Source: Bacteroidales bacterium (lineage in GTDB: Bacteria > Bacteroidota > Bacteroidia > Bacteroidales > JAADJA01). Taken from it: DNA of 30,477 nt. The notes beneath the pieces are model-generated. The model was not told the origin of the DNA, did no database searches, and saw nothing but the letters and a program-made list of their open reading frames with translations. The translations under genes were made by a program, and so were the position numbers. Shown piece after piece: positions 8,291 through 17,149 of this stretch. The stretch is taken from NCBI GenBank assembly GCA_029933495.1, contig JAOZOC010000002.1, positions 1 to 30,477 on the forward strand, read 5' to 3'. The stretch's first letter is position 1; the number at the start of each line of letters is the position of its first letter.

Positions 8291-10477
8291 TTATTTTATA
8301 AACAACAGCTCCCGGTACTTTGGCAGAGGCCACAGTTCATCATCTATCATAAGTTCAAGCTTATCAACGTGCTTTCTGACAATGTCGAGATATGGTAAAA
8401 CATTCCTGTTATAGGCCAGGGCCTTTTCTGCCTGATCTTCCAGCCCGTTTGCTCTTTTTCTCTCATCAAGCATAAGTGATACCTGGGTCTTTATCTCCTC
8501 AACATGCTCTGAGATTTCTTTGATGGTCTGCATCTGATTTCGTGAAAGCTTCACAAATGTTTTAGAATCAAGTACATCCTTTAAGCCCTTCACATTCTCA
8601 ATTAAGGTATTCTGATATCTGATAGCAATTGGGATAATGTGATTCTTGGCAAGGTCACCAAGCACCCGTGATTCAATCTGAATCTTCTTTGTGTAATTTT
8701 CAAGCTGGATTATATACCTGGCTTCAAGTTCTCTACTAGTTAGTATCTTGCAGTCTTCGAATAGTTTAACTGTGCTTTCTAAAACCAAAGCTTTAAGTGC
8801 CTCCGGTGTATTCTTAATATTTGGCAAACCACGCTTTTCAGCTTCCCTAGTCCATTCATCACCATAATTATTTCCCTCAAATCTTATCTTTTTTGATTCC
8901 TGAATATACCTTTTGACAACCTGGAAAATTGCCTCATCTTTTCTCACACTTTTATTAATCAGCTCATCCACATCTTTTTTAAATTGTTTTAACTGGCTGG
9001 CAACTATTGTATTCAGAGCCATCATAGGACCTGCACAATTTGCTGATGAACCAACTGCCCTGAATTCAAACTTATTTCCGGTAAATGCAAATGGCGACGT
9101 ACGATTACGGTCTGTATTATCAAGTAAAATCTCCGGAATTTTGGGAATATTAAGATTAAGATTGAATCCGTTAGCATCCACCTTTCCCTTTTTTGTCTGT
9201 TTTTCGATCAGATTAAGTGTCTCGGTTAACTGAGTACCAATAAATGCAGATATTATTGCCGGTGGGGCTTCGTGAGCTCCAAGTCTGTGGTCGTTACCTG
9301 ATGAAGCAATATGTGCTCTCAAAATATCAGAATGATAATAGAGTGCCTTTAGAACATTTGCCAGAAAGACAAGAAACCTGAAGTTAGATGTTGATGTCTT
9401 ACCCGGTGAAAGAAGATTTATTCCTGTATTTGTTGCCAAAGACCAGTTATTATGCTTTCCCGAACCATTAACGTCCTTATAGGGCTTCTCGTGTATAAGC
9501 ACCTGAAAATCATGCTTCCTGGCAATTTTCTCCATCAGATGCATAAGAAGTTGGTTATGGTCAACAGAAATATTCGTCTCCTCATAGACGGGAGCACATT
9601 CAAACTGATTTGGAGCAACCTCATTATGTCTTGTTTTAATTGGAATTCCAAGCTTGTGTGATTCATACTCCAGTTCCTGCATAAAGACAAGAGCTCTTTC
9701 ATGAATAGCTCCAAAGTAATGATCTGAAAGCTGTTGATCTTTGGCAGAGGCATGCCCAAAAACAGTTCTACCTGTCAGTGACAAGTCAGGCCGTGCTTTA
9801 AACAGGGCAGCATCAACAAGGAAATACTCTTGTTCCCAACCTAATGTTGGATACACCTTAGTTATATTTTTATCAAAATATTTACAAACGGCAGTTGCTG
9901 CTTTGTCTAATGATGCAATTGATTTCAACAATGGTGTTTTGTAATCAAGAGCATCACCTGTGTATGAAACAAAAATCGTTGGAATACACAAAGTACTTTC
10001 CATAATAAAAGCGTAGGAAGTAGGATCCCAGGCAGTATATCCGCGAGCTTCAAAAGTATTTCTGATTCCCCCACTTGGGAAACTGGAAGCGTCAGGCTCC
10101 TGCTGAATAAGTTCATTACCCTGAAAGGCTTCGATTGCTCTTCCCCCATCAACCGGGACAATAAAAGCATCGTGCTTTTCTGCAGATGTTCCTGTTAATG
10201 GATGAAACCAGTGTGTGTAATGAGTTGCCCCCTTGCTTATTGCCCACGATTTAATACCGGCAGCAATCTGGTCAGCTATCTTACGCTCTATGGTTTCCCC
10301 TTTTTCAATTGTATTTATCAATTTTTGATAAGCTTCCCGTGTCAGGTATTCCTGCATAGCCTCACGGTTAAAAGTCATCTCACCAAAATATTCTGAAACT
10401 TTTTTTTCAGTAACCTTAAATTCGCTTCTTTGACGCGCCATGGTTACCTCCAGGGCTTTAAATCTAATGTTTGACAT
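8291..10477 (-). CDS. glnA: Glutamine synthetase type III
   Basis: 728 aa; HYTHWFHPLTG.SAEKHDAF, EPDASSFPSGGIR.TFEARGYTAWD, WEQEYF, HNEVAPNQFE, NGSGKHNNWS, RLGAHEAPP, DRNRTSPFAFTGNKFEFRAVG. Confidence 0.96.
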   Translation of the reverse strand: MSNIRFKALEVTMARQRSEFKVTEKKVSEYFGEMTFNREAMQEYLTREAYQKLINTIEKGETIERKIADQIAAGIKSWAISKGATHYTHWFHPLTGTSAEKHDAFIVPVDGGRAIEAFQGNELIQQEPDASSFPSGGIRNTFEARGYTAWDPTSYAFIMESTLCIPTIFVSYTGDALDYKTPLLKSIASLDKAATAVCKYFDKNITKVYPTLGWEQEYFLVDAALFKARPDLSLTGRTVFGHASAKDQQLSDHYFGAIHERALVFMQELEYESHKLGIPIKTRHNEVAPNQFECAPVYEETNISVDHNQLLMHLMEKIARKHDFQVLIHEKPYKDVNGSGKHNNWSLATNTGINLLSPGKTSTSNFRFLVFLANVLKALYYHSDILRAHIASSGNDHRLGAHEAPPAIISAFIGTQLTETLNLIEKQTKKGKVDANGFNLNLNIPKIPEILLDNTDRNRTSPFAFTGNKFEFRAVGSSANCAGPMMALNTIVASQLKQFKKDVDELINKSVRKDEAIFQVVKRYIQESKKIRFEGNNYGDEWTREAEKRGLPNIKNTPEALKALVLESTVKLFEDCKILTSRELEARYIIQLENYTKKIQIESRVLGDLAKNHIIPIAIRYQNTLIENVKGLKDVLDSKTFVKLSRNQMQTIKEISEHVEEIKTQVSLMLDERKRANGLEDQAEKALAYNRNVLPYLDIVRKHVDKLELMIDDELWPLPKYRELLFIK

Positions 10478-10521
10478 TGCTATGTAATTTTATTTCGAGT
10501 AATGTTTAAGTATAAAAAGCA

Positions 10522-10529
10522 CAAAAATA
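10522..10529 (-). promoter_or_regulatory. Bacteroidota -7 element (TATTTTTG) for glnA
   Basis: TAnnTTTG about 45 nt upstream of the ATG. Confidence 0.6.
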
Positions 10530-10825
10530 ATCACAATGCAGTGAATCAATTAAATGAAAATGTTATTATTTTTTAACAATTGAGATATTGACACTTAATG
10601 ATATTCTTATACTTAAGACAAATAATAATACAGAGGCTTCGATGCGAAAGTGCTACTTGTATTAATTCCATATCTCTCTTTTTCGGCTTACCATTCCCAA
10701 TCGTATCACTATTGTATCCAATGAAGTTAATTGGCCAAAGTTTTAATAAACAAAGTAAACAATAAATATGGGGCTCTATTTCATTAATGTTAAATTTTCT
10801 ACTTCCGGATATTTTGTTTTTCCAT

Positions 10826-12277
10826 TCAAGACTTCTTTCTCCTGATGAAATAAAATCCGATAAAAGTAATAAGACCGTTAACCACAAGCAGTTCAAAGCC
10901 AAATTTATATCCACCAAAAAGCTGTTCGGAGAACAAACTGAGAAAATAACAAATTACCGGAGAAACCAATGCAACTATTGGAACAAATTTGTCCTTCACC
11001 TTATATTTTGTGAAAAGCCCGAACGAAAACATACCAAGCAACGGTCCGTAAGTATATCCTGCAATGGTGAATAATTTCGCAATTACAGCCTGATCGTTTA
11101 TTTCCCGAAACAGTATCACAGTAAAAAGCACAATTAAAGAAATGCCAATATGAACATATGTCCGGGTTCTTATCTTATCTTTTTCTGAAACATTTTTTCT
11201 CCTCTCTATTCCCAGGAAGTCAACACTAAAGGATGTGGTTAAAGCAGTAAGAGCGCTATCTGCACTGGAATAGGCCGCAGCTATTAATCCTATAATGAAT
11301 GTCATTCCTGCAAAGGTTCCTAGATATTTAATTGATATCATCGGAAACAGATCATCAGTTAGTACGGGAATTGATATTCCGGAGCTGCTGGCATAAATAT
11401 ACAATGACGCTCCAAGGAAAAGAAAAATCAGATTTACCGGAACGAGTATCCAGCTAAGTGTGATTACATTTTTCTGCGAATCTTTTAATGTACGGCAACT
11501 CAGGTTTTTCTGCATCATATCCTGATCAAGTCCAGTCATAACAATAGCAATGAATGCCCCGCTGACAAATTGCTTTCCAAAAAAAAGCTTACTGTGCCAA
11601 TCAGAATAAACAATCTTAGAATAGCTGCTATCAGCTACCATATCTATAAGAGCTCCTAAATCAACATTTAAAGCTTTAACAATAAGGTAAATGGACACGA
11701 CAACTGATAAAAGCATAAAAGTCGTTTGCAATGTATCTGTCCAAACAATCGTTTTTATCCCCCCTTTGAAAGTATATAGCCATATTAAAAATATAAAGAG
11801 GCTGATAGTAACAGCAAAAGGTATATTCCATGCATCGAATACAAAAATCTGAAGAACATTTACGACAAGAAACATCCTGAAGGAAGCACCAATAATACGT
11901 GATACCAGGAAATAAAAGGAACCTGTTTTGTATGACCAGAATCCAAATCGTGTATTAAGGTATGAATATATTGATGTTAGCTTCAATTTATAATATAGAG
12001 GAAGGAGAATGTATGCGATAGCGTAATATCCCACAATATAGCCAAATACGACCATCATATAAGATAACTGTGTTTTCCCAACCCATCCCGGAATAGAGAT
12101 AAATGTAACGCCTGACAATGAGGCTCCTATCATACCATATGCTACTACAAACCAGGGAGATTTTTTATTTCCAACGAAAAAGGACTGGTTGTCAGCCTTG
12201 CGCGATGTTACGAATGACACCACAAACAGGAGTGCTGTGTATGACAGAAAAACCAGAAGGATTAATTGAGGAGACAC
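10826..12277 (-). CDS. Sodium:solute symporter (SSS/SLC5) family transporter, GTG start
   Basis: About 13 hydrophobic segments; FFVGNKKSPW, GASLSGVTFIS.PG, GGIKTIVWTDTLQ, GLDQDMMQKNL, AAAYSSADSAL.AL. Confidence 0.92.
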   Translation of the reverse strand: MSPQLILLVFLSYTALLFVVSFVTSRKADNQSFFVGNKKSPWFVVAYGMIGASLSGVTFISIPGWVGKTQLSYMMVVFGYIVGYYAIAYILLPLYYKLKLTSIYSYLNTRFGFWSYKTGSFYFLVSRIIGASFRMFLVVNVLQIFVFDAWNIPFAVTISLFIFLIWLYTFKGGIKTIVWTDTLQTTFMLLSVVVSIYLIVKALNVDLGALIDMVADSSYSKIVYSDWHSKLFFGKQFVSGAFIAIVMTGLDQDMMQKNLSCRTLKDSQKNVITLSWILVPVNLIFLFLGASLYIYASSSGISIPVLTDDLFPMISIKYLGTFAGMTFIIGLIAAAYSSADSALTALTTSFSVDFLGIERRKNVSEKDKIRTRTYVHIGISLIVLFTVILFREINDQAVIAKLFTIAGYTYGPLLGMFSFGLFTKYKVKDKFVPIVALVSPVICYFLSLFSEQLFGGYKFGFELLVVNGLITFIGFYFIRRKKS

Positions 12278-12284
12278 TTATTTT

Positions 12285-12309
12285 GATTTACGATTTACGA
12301 TTTACGATT
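12285..12309. repeat. Heptamer tandem repeat (GATTTAC)3 + GATT
   Basis: Read directly from sequence; overlaps the gmhB stop codon and fills the gap before the symporter. Confidence 0.9.
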
Positions 12310-12868
12310 CACTTATCAGCATTTCTGCAAAACTCTGCAAATCAGGGAAAACAAAATCAATCAAGTCCATATTTTGTTCAATTATTTGTTTATCATCATT
12401 GATAAATACTGTTGTCATTCCAACATTTTTCCCAAATTGCATATCGCTTATAGAATCACCTGCCATTATTGATTTATTAAATTCAATCGAAGGAAAGTCA
12501 ATTTTTGCTTTACGTGCCAAACCGGGGTTTGGTTTACGAAAAACACTCTTTTCTTCGGCCTTATAAGGCGAATGATATATTTTATTAATTCTGCCGCCTT
12601 TATAACCAATCTCCTCGATCATCTTATTGTGAATACCTTCAAGGTCCATTTCGGTCATAAGCCCCTTCCCTATTCCCTGCTGGTTTGTCACAACGAAAAT
12701 CTTCCCAAAGATAGCGGTAAAAATTTTGATGGCATCAAGAACACCAGGAAGGAACTCAAACTCATCCCACTTTTTTATATAATCACCAACAATTCTTTTA
12801 TTAATCACTCCATCCCGATCGAGAAACAGTGACCACTCTTCACTAATGTTCAAATTCTGTAAAGTCAT
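12302..12868 (-). CDS. gmhB: D-glycero-D-manno-heptose-1,7-bisphosphate phosphatase (HAD IIIA)
   Basis: LFLDRDGVIN, VVTNQQGIG.G, RKPNPG, S.MAGDS.SD. Likely start is ATG 12868 (MTLQNL), overlapping the upstream gene by 26 nt, rather than the track start at 12907. Confidence 0.85.
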   Translation of the reverse strand: MTLQNLNISEEWSLFLDRDGVINKRIVGDYIKKWDEFEFLPGVLDAIKIFTAIFGKIFVVTNQQGIGKGLMTEMDLEGIHNKMIEEIGYKGGRINKIYHSPYKAEEKSVFRKPNPGLARKAKIDFPSIEFNKSIMAGDSISDMQFGKNVGMTTVFINDDKQIIEQNMDLIDFVFPDLQSFAEMLISES

Positions 12869-13553
12869 CCTGTGCTTTTTTAAAATCTCCGGGTATGCCA
12901 ATATCAAGAAAATACTGATTGCATACCATACCGTGAAAATTGTAATTTATAAAATACTTTTCCAGAAAATCCTTTTCAAATGAGAATTTTTCAGGAAAGT
13001 CAAACGATTCAAAAAATGCCTTATTAATATAATAAACACCACCATTAATAAACCCTTTCCCTTTCAAGCTTCCTTTTTCCGAAAAACCAGTAACTTTCCC
13101 ATTGTAATCTATCGTCACAGTTCCATATCTTTCAACATTCTGCATCTCTTTCAAAATCAGCATAATCTTTGATTTCTTAATCTGATAAATCATAAGAAGC
13201 TTATCAAAGCTAACCCTGAAATATGTGTCGCCATTTAATACAAGAGCATTGCGTGCTGTAACAAATTGCAATGATTTTTTAATTGCACCACCAGTCCCCA
13301 AAGGCTCATCTTCAATAGCATAACTAATTTTTAAATCTTTGAAGTAACTACCGAAGTAGTCCATAATCATCTCCTTTTTATATCCAACAGAAAGCACAAC
13401 ATTTCTAATTCCCCAATATGAAAGAAAAGTCAGTTGGTATTCAAGAAATGGGATTTCGTTTATTGGCGCCATTGCCTTGGGCACATCACTAACAACATCC
13501 TGGAGTCGTGTTCCAAATCCTCCTGCAAGTATTATAGCATCTTTTATAAACAT
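12843..13553 (-). CDS. hddC: Sugar-phosphate nucleotidyltransferase, HddC-like (heptose-1-phosphate guanylyltransferase family)
   Basis: ILAGGFGTRL...DVPK.MAPI...PFLEY, EDEPLGTGGAI, LNGDT, INGGVY, FSFEKDFL, YFLDIG.P.DF; adjacent to gmhB. Confidence 0.75.
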   Translation of the reverse strand: MFIKDAIILAGGFGTRLQDVVSDVPKAMAPINEIPFLEYQLTFLSYWGIRNVVLSVGYKKEMIMDYFGSYFKDLKISYAIEDEPLGTGGAIKKSLQFVTARNALVLNGDTYFRVSFDKLLMIYQIKKSKIMLILKEMQNVERYGTVTIDYNGKVTGFSEKGSLKGKGFINGGVYYINKAFFESFDFPEKFSFEKDFLEKYFINYNFHGMVCNQYFLDIGIPGDFKKAQDDFTEFEH

Positions 13554-13610
13554 AAGCTTATTTTAATGAGTCAAATATAAAACCTATTTGGCAAACATAG
13601 AGAAAAGTAT

Positions 13611-13865
13611 TTATAAAAGTATAAATTTTATTTTAACAGTTGCTAATGTGTATACACTGTCTGAAATGCCGGCAAATGAATTTTCATCGAATATAACACT
13701 ACTTGCTTCACCCGGGACTATACTTGCCGGGGGGCCTCCACTTTCAAGCGACCAATGAGCAGGATTATTCCAGAAACCACTGCCTTCTACCCAAAATAAA
13801 TTATCCTGTGATGAAACTGAGCTTATAAAAAGGGATGAAAACAGAAGGATATACAGGTATTTCAT
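13611..13865 (-). pseudogene. 5' fragment of a large secreted/surface protein gene (signal peptide plus N-terminal W-rich motif), truncated at 84 aa
   Basis: MKYLYILLFSSLFISSVSSQ signal, then FWVEGSGFWNNPAHWSLESGGP...VP....VIFDENSF. This motif normally opens very large Bacteroidota T9SS cargos. Here the ORF stops shortly after it. Confidence 0.65.
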
Positions 13866-13893
13866 TTATAATGGATTAATCTTAAAACTATTA

Positions 13894-13901
13894 CAAAGAT
13901 A
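13894..13901 (-). promoter_or_regulatory. Bacteroidota -7 element (TATCTTTG) upstream of the truncated gene
   Basis: TAnnTTTG about 29 nt upstream of the ATG at 13865. Confidence 0.55.
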
Positions 13902-14041
13902 GTATTAATTACGAGAAATAGGTCAACGACAAATTTATACTTTACTAAAACACTTTTCTACATTTATACTAAGCCGTGATAGAATTCATAACCCCGAAAA
14001 TTCTGAACTTAAAAAGATACATTATCTTAACATGTTTTTAT

Positions 14042-14049
14042 TAATTTTG
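14042..14049 (+). promoter_or_regulatory. Bacteroidota -7 element (TAATTTTG) for the dipeptidase
   Basis: TAnnTTTG 37 nt upstream of the ATG at 14087. Confidence 0.55.
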
Positions 14050-14086
14050 AGGATTTTATAAAACACTTTCATTAAAGCAAGAAACT

Positions 14087-15727
14087 ATGTTACAAAAACT
14101 TTTATTATTTCTAATTATACTGACATTTGGAGTTCAGTACAGCGCTCAGTCATGCACAATTATTGCCGTTGGCAAAAAAGCTTCGGCTGATGGTTCAAAT
14201 ATTATTTCGCATACTGATACCGGACCCGATTCAAGAATATTTGTTGTCCCTGCCCAAACATTCAAACCAGGAGATAATGCTGCTGTTTACTGGGGAATCC
14301 AGGATGCAGACAGACTTATCGATGATGATGGAATCATTCTCGGCTATATTCCACAGGCTGAAAGTACATATAAATATTTCCAGTCAGCTTATTCGCACGT
14401 AAACGAATATCAGCTCGGAATTGGCGAAAGTACAACTGCACAACGGGATGAGCTTGCTTGTACCCGTGAGAACGGTGAACAAATAATGACCATTGAGCAG
14501 GCTCAGATTTTCGCTTTGCAACGCTATAAGAATGCCAGGGAGGCGGTTCAGTTTATTGGTGACTTAATGATAAAGTATGGTTTTTTGCCTTCGAGTGGTG
14601 ATGGTTCCGAAACTTTGGTTATTGCAGACACAGAAGAAATATGGGTATTTGAAGTTTTTGGCGTTGGTCCCGGATGGACTGCCGAAAGCGGAAAGCCCGG
14701 AGCAATATGGGCTGCTCAACGATTGCCCGAAGATGAGGCTACCATAATCCCGAATTGGAGCATAATTAAGCAAATCAATAAAAAGGATAAGGAAAATTTT
14801 ATGGTTTCTGATAATTACAAACAGGAAGCGATTGATCGCGGTTGGTACGATCCTGATTCAGGGAAACCGTTTATCTGGCAGGAAGCCTATTCGCCCTTAC
14901 CTGTAGAATATGCAACAAGCAGGTTCTGGCTTTTCCATCAGACTTTTGTCCCCAATTACAGAGAGTGGCCTGATCGCTTTATGACAGAAGCTAATTACTA
15001 CAAAGGGATAAGCCCCTATTTTCAAATTGTTGAACCACTGTCAATCTATCCGTTTTCAGTAAAGCCTGAGGATAAAATTTCAGTACGGGACTTAATTGCT
15101 TTCCAGCGTTCAACTTTTGAAGGTACTATTTATGATATGACAGCAGGCCCCGAATGGTTGGTTCCTGATGGAAATGGCGGCTATGAAAAAAGTTCGTTGG
15201 CTACCCCGTTTCCAAGTAGTGATTTACGAAAATTATTAAAAATGACCTATCGCCGTCCGGTTGCTCGACATCGTGGACATTACGGTATGATTCTGCAACT
15301 TCGTGACTGGCTGCCAAACGAAATAGGTGGCGTTTATTGGGTTTATCTTGACAACCCTTATTTTAGCCCGTATGTTCCTATTTATACAGGAAATTTATCG
15401 GTTGCCGAAACTTATAAAACCTACGATCCTGACAAGTACGATGAAAAATCGGCTCGTTGGGCAATCGACTTTGTTGATAACCTGGCAAACCTGAGTTTTC
15501 AAAAAATTGCAGAAGATGTGAGAGAGGTCAGGACTCCTTTTGAAGATGAAATATTTAATAATCAACAGGCGATTGAAGAAGAAGCCCTGAAACTGTATAA
15601 GCAAGCCCCCGAATCTGCGCAGGAATTTTTAACAAACTATTCAAATGGCTTAATGGATAATGTTACGAAAATGTTCATTGGTTTAAGGAACGAAATAATA
15701 ACAAAATACACGAATAATCATGAATAG
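14087..15727 (+). CDS. Peptidase family C69 dipeptidase (Ntn hydrolase), secreted
   Basis: Signal peptide then SCTIIAVGKKASADGS..ISH.D (N-terminal Cys nucleophile), HVNEYQLGIGEST, GE.L.IAD.EE.W.FE, WAAQRLP, PYVPIY.G. Confidence 0.9.
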   Translation: MLQKLLLFLIILTFGVQYSAQSCTIIAVGKKASADGSNIISHTDTGPDSRIFVVPAQTFKPGDNAAVYWGIQDADRLIDDDGIILGYIPQAESTYKYFQSAYSHVNEYQLGIGESTTAQRDELACTRENGEQIMTIEQAQIFALQRYKNAREAVQFIGDLMIKYGFLPSSGDGSETLVIADTEEIWVFEVFGVGPGWTAESGKPGAIWAAQRLPEDEATIIPNWSIIKQINKKDKENFMVSDNYKQEAIDRGWYDPDSGKPFIWQEAYSPLPVEYATSRFWLFHQTFVPNYREWPDRFMTEANYYKGISPYFQIVEPLSIYPFSVKPEDKISVRDLIAFQRSTFEGTIYDMTAGPEWLVPDGNGGYEKSSLATPFPSSDLRKLLKMTYRRPVARHRGHYGMILQLRDWLPNEIGGVYWVYLDNPYFSPYVPIYTGNLSVAETYKTYDPDKYDEKSARWAIDFVDNLANLSFQKIAEDVREVRTPFEDEIFNNQQAIEEEALKLYKQAPESAQEFLTNYSNGLMDNVTKMFIGLRNEIITKYTNNHE

Positions 15728-16009
15728 AGCTTGAAACCTTAATCTCAAAAGTTTTCATTTTTTTTTCAAAGGTATATAATTATAGCTTTTTCAAGAATAT
15801 CAATCGAATAAATTACTGAAATTTCGCAGATACAAGAGTATAATAAACTTTAGCACTTCCAAAACAATATTTGACTTTGACTATATTGCATAATGCATAT
15901 TTACAATTTCTTACATAGATACTTTCAAATACAACATTTAAGCTGCACTTCATATCCCGTTTTTATATGTGTTTATTAGCATGCGTATTTAAAAAAAAAT
16001 TATTTATTG

Positions 16010-16038
16010 AGTTTCGGGCTATTGGTAACTGCGAAACT
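16010..16038 (-). terminator. Candidate terminator hairpin downstream of the antiporter
   Basis: AGTTTCG...CGAAACT outer stem plus an inner GUUA/UAGC stem on the minus strand; a U9 run follows after an approximately 10-nt A/U spacer. Confidence 0.4.
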
Positions 16039-16088
16039 TGAGATAATTTGTTTTAAAACAGCCAAATTCTCTTATATTACACCACCTT

Positions 16089-17069
16089 CTATGTCAAAAC
16101 GAAAAACATATATGCAATATAAATAAATATCATAAAGGCTCCTTCAAGTCTGTCAATCTTTCTTCCTTTGCGGGTAAATACAAAAACAAATACTATAATA
16201 GTTGCAAAAAGATTGACAAGCATATCAAGGTTTGTCGCACTGACAAATGATGTCAGACTACTTGATTCATTTGAAACAGGAATAGGATTGATAGTACTAC
16301 TCAGCCCAAGAATCAGAAACGTATTAAAAATATTGGAACCTATAATATTCCCTATTGAGATATCGGAATTTTTTTTCAGTGCTGCAATAACAGACGTTGA
16401 GAGCTCAGGAAGTGATGTTCCCAGCGAAAGCACTGTGAGTCCCATAATTCTGTCGGAAATGCCATAATCCACTCCAAACTTCTCAGCAAAATATACTATC
16501 ATCTGGCCACCACCTGTTAAAAGGAGCATACCTGTTATTACTAAAAAGACTGACTTACCCATTCCAATCTCTTTAACCTCAACATGAGTTTCTCCATCTT
16601 TTTTCTTCATCGCAAAGAATGAATAATAAATAAAAATCAGGAAGAACATTAACAAAATAAGGCCGTCAGTACGGTTTATAATTGATTGCGGAGAGCCATC
16701 AAGGATGGTATCATTAGCCAGAATAATCAGAACAGCAGCCGAAAGCAGACAAAGGGGTATTTCAATCCAAACTGTTGGTGACTTGACCGCTACCGGATAT
16801 ATCATTGCAGATATACCCAGGATCACCAAAATATTTACAATATTGCTACCCACAACATTTCCGAAACTAAATCCTGAGTTTCCTTCAACGGCAGAGATAA
16901 CATTGATTACAAGCTCTGGAGCTGATGTGCCGAAAGCTACAATTGTGAGGCCTATGACAAGATTCGAAATGTTTTTCTTGTGAGCAATAGCTGATGCGCC
17001 ATCGACCAACCATTTAGCACCAAAAATCAATGGCACAAATCCTGTAACCGATAATAGGAGATTGAACAT
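16089..17069 (-). CDS. Calcium/sodium antiporter (CaCA, YrbG-like)
   Basis: Two alpha-repeats, GLTIVAFGTSAPEL...GNVVGSNIVN and GLTVLSLGTSLPEL...GNIIGSNIFN. Confidence 0.95.
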   Translation of the reverse strand: MFNLLLSVTGFVPLIFGAKWLVDGASAIAHKKNISNLVIGLTIVAFGTSAPELVINVISAVEGNSGFSFGNVVGSNIVNILVILGISAMIYPVAVKSPTVWIEIPLCLLSAAVLIILANDTILDGSPQSIINRTDGLILLMFFLIFIYYSFFAMKKKDGETHVEVKEIGMGKSVFLVITGMLLLTGGGQMIVYFAEKFGVDYGISDRIMGLTVLSLGTSLPELSTSVIAALKKNSDISIGNIIGSNIFNTFLILGLSSTINPIPVSNESSSLTSFVSATNLDMLVNLFATIIVFVFVFTRKGRKIDRLEGAFMIFIYIAYMFFVLT

Positions 17070-17097
17070 TCAGATTTATTGTTTGTTTTTAAGGATA

Positions 17098-17126
17098 CAA
17101 AAGTATAAATATAAAGAATATATTTG
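17098..17126. promoter_or_regulatory. Divergent Bacteroidota -7 elements (TACTTTTG minus, 17098-17105; TATATTTG plus, 17119-17126)
   Basis: Back-to-back TAnnTTTG boxes in the 80-bp gap between divergent genes. Confidence 0.6.
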
Positions 17127-17149
17127 CAATTTGCAAAATATCTAATAAT

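Noticed and set aside
10573-11074. ORFs 10573..10917 and 10787..11074, and a weak GATATT..ACTTAA direct repeat upstream of glnA
   Set aside because: The ORFs overlap the symporter and look non-coding. The repeat has unequal spacing in very AT-rich DNA, so chance is likely.
15728-16009. AT-rich spacer between convergent genes, with a 46-codon minus-strand ORF, a TGCAT-A-ATGCA palindrome and a weak hairpin plus T-run after the dipeptidase
   Set aside because: No recognisable protein motif or stable RNA structure; the palindrome is short enough to be chance.
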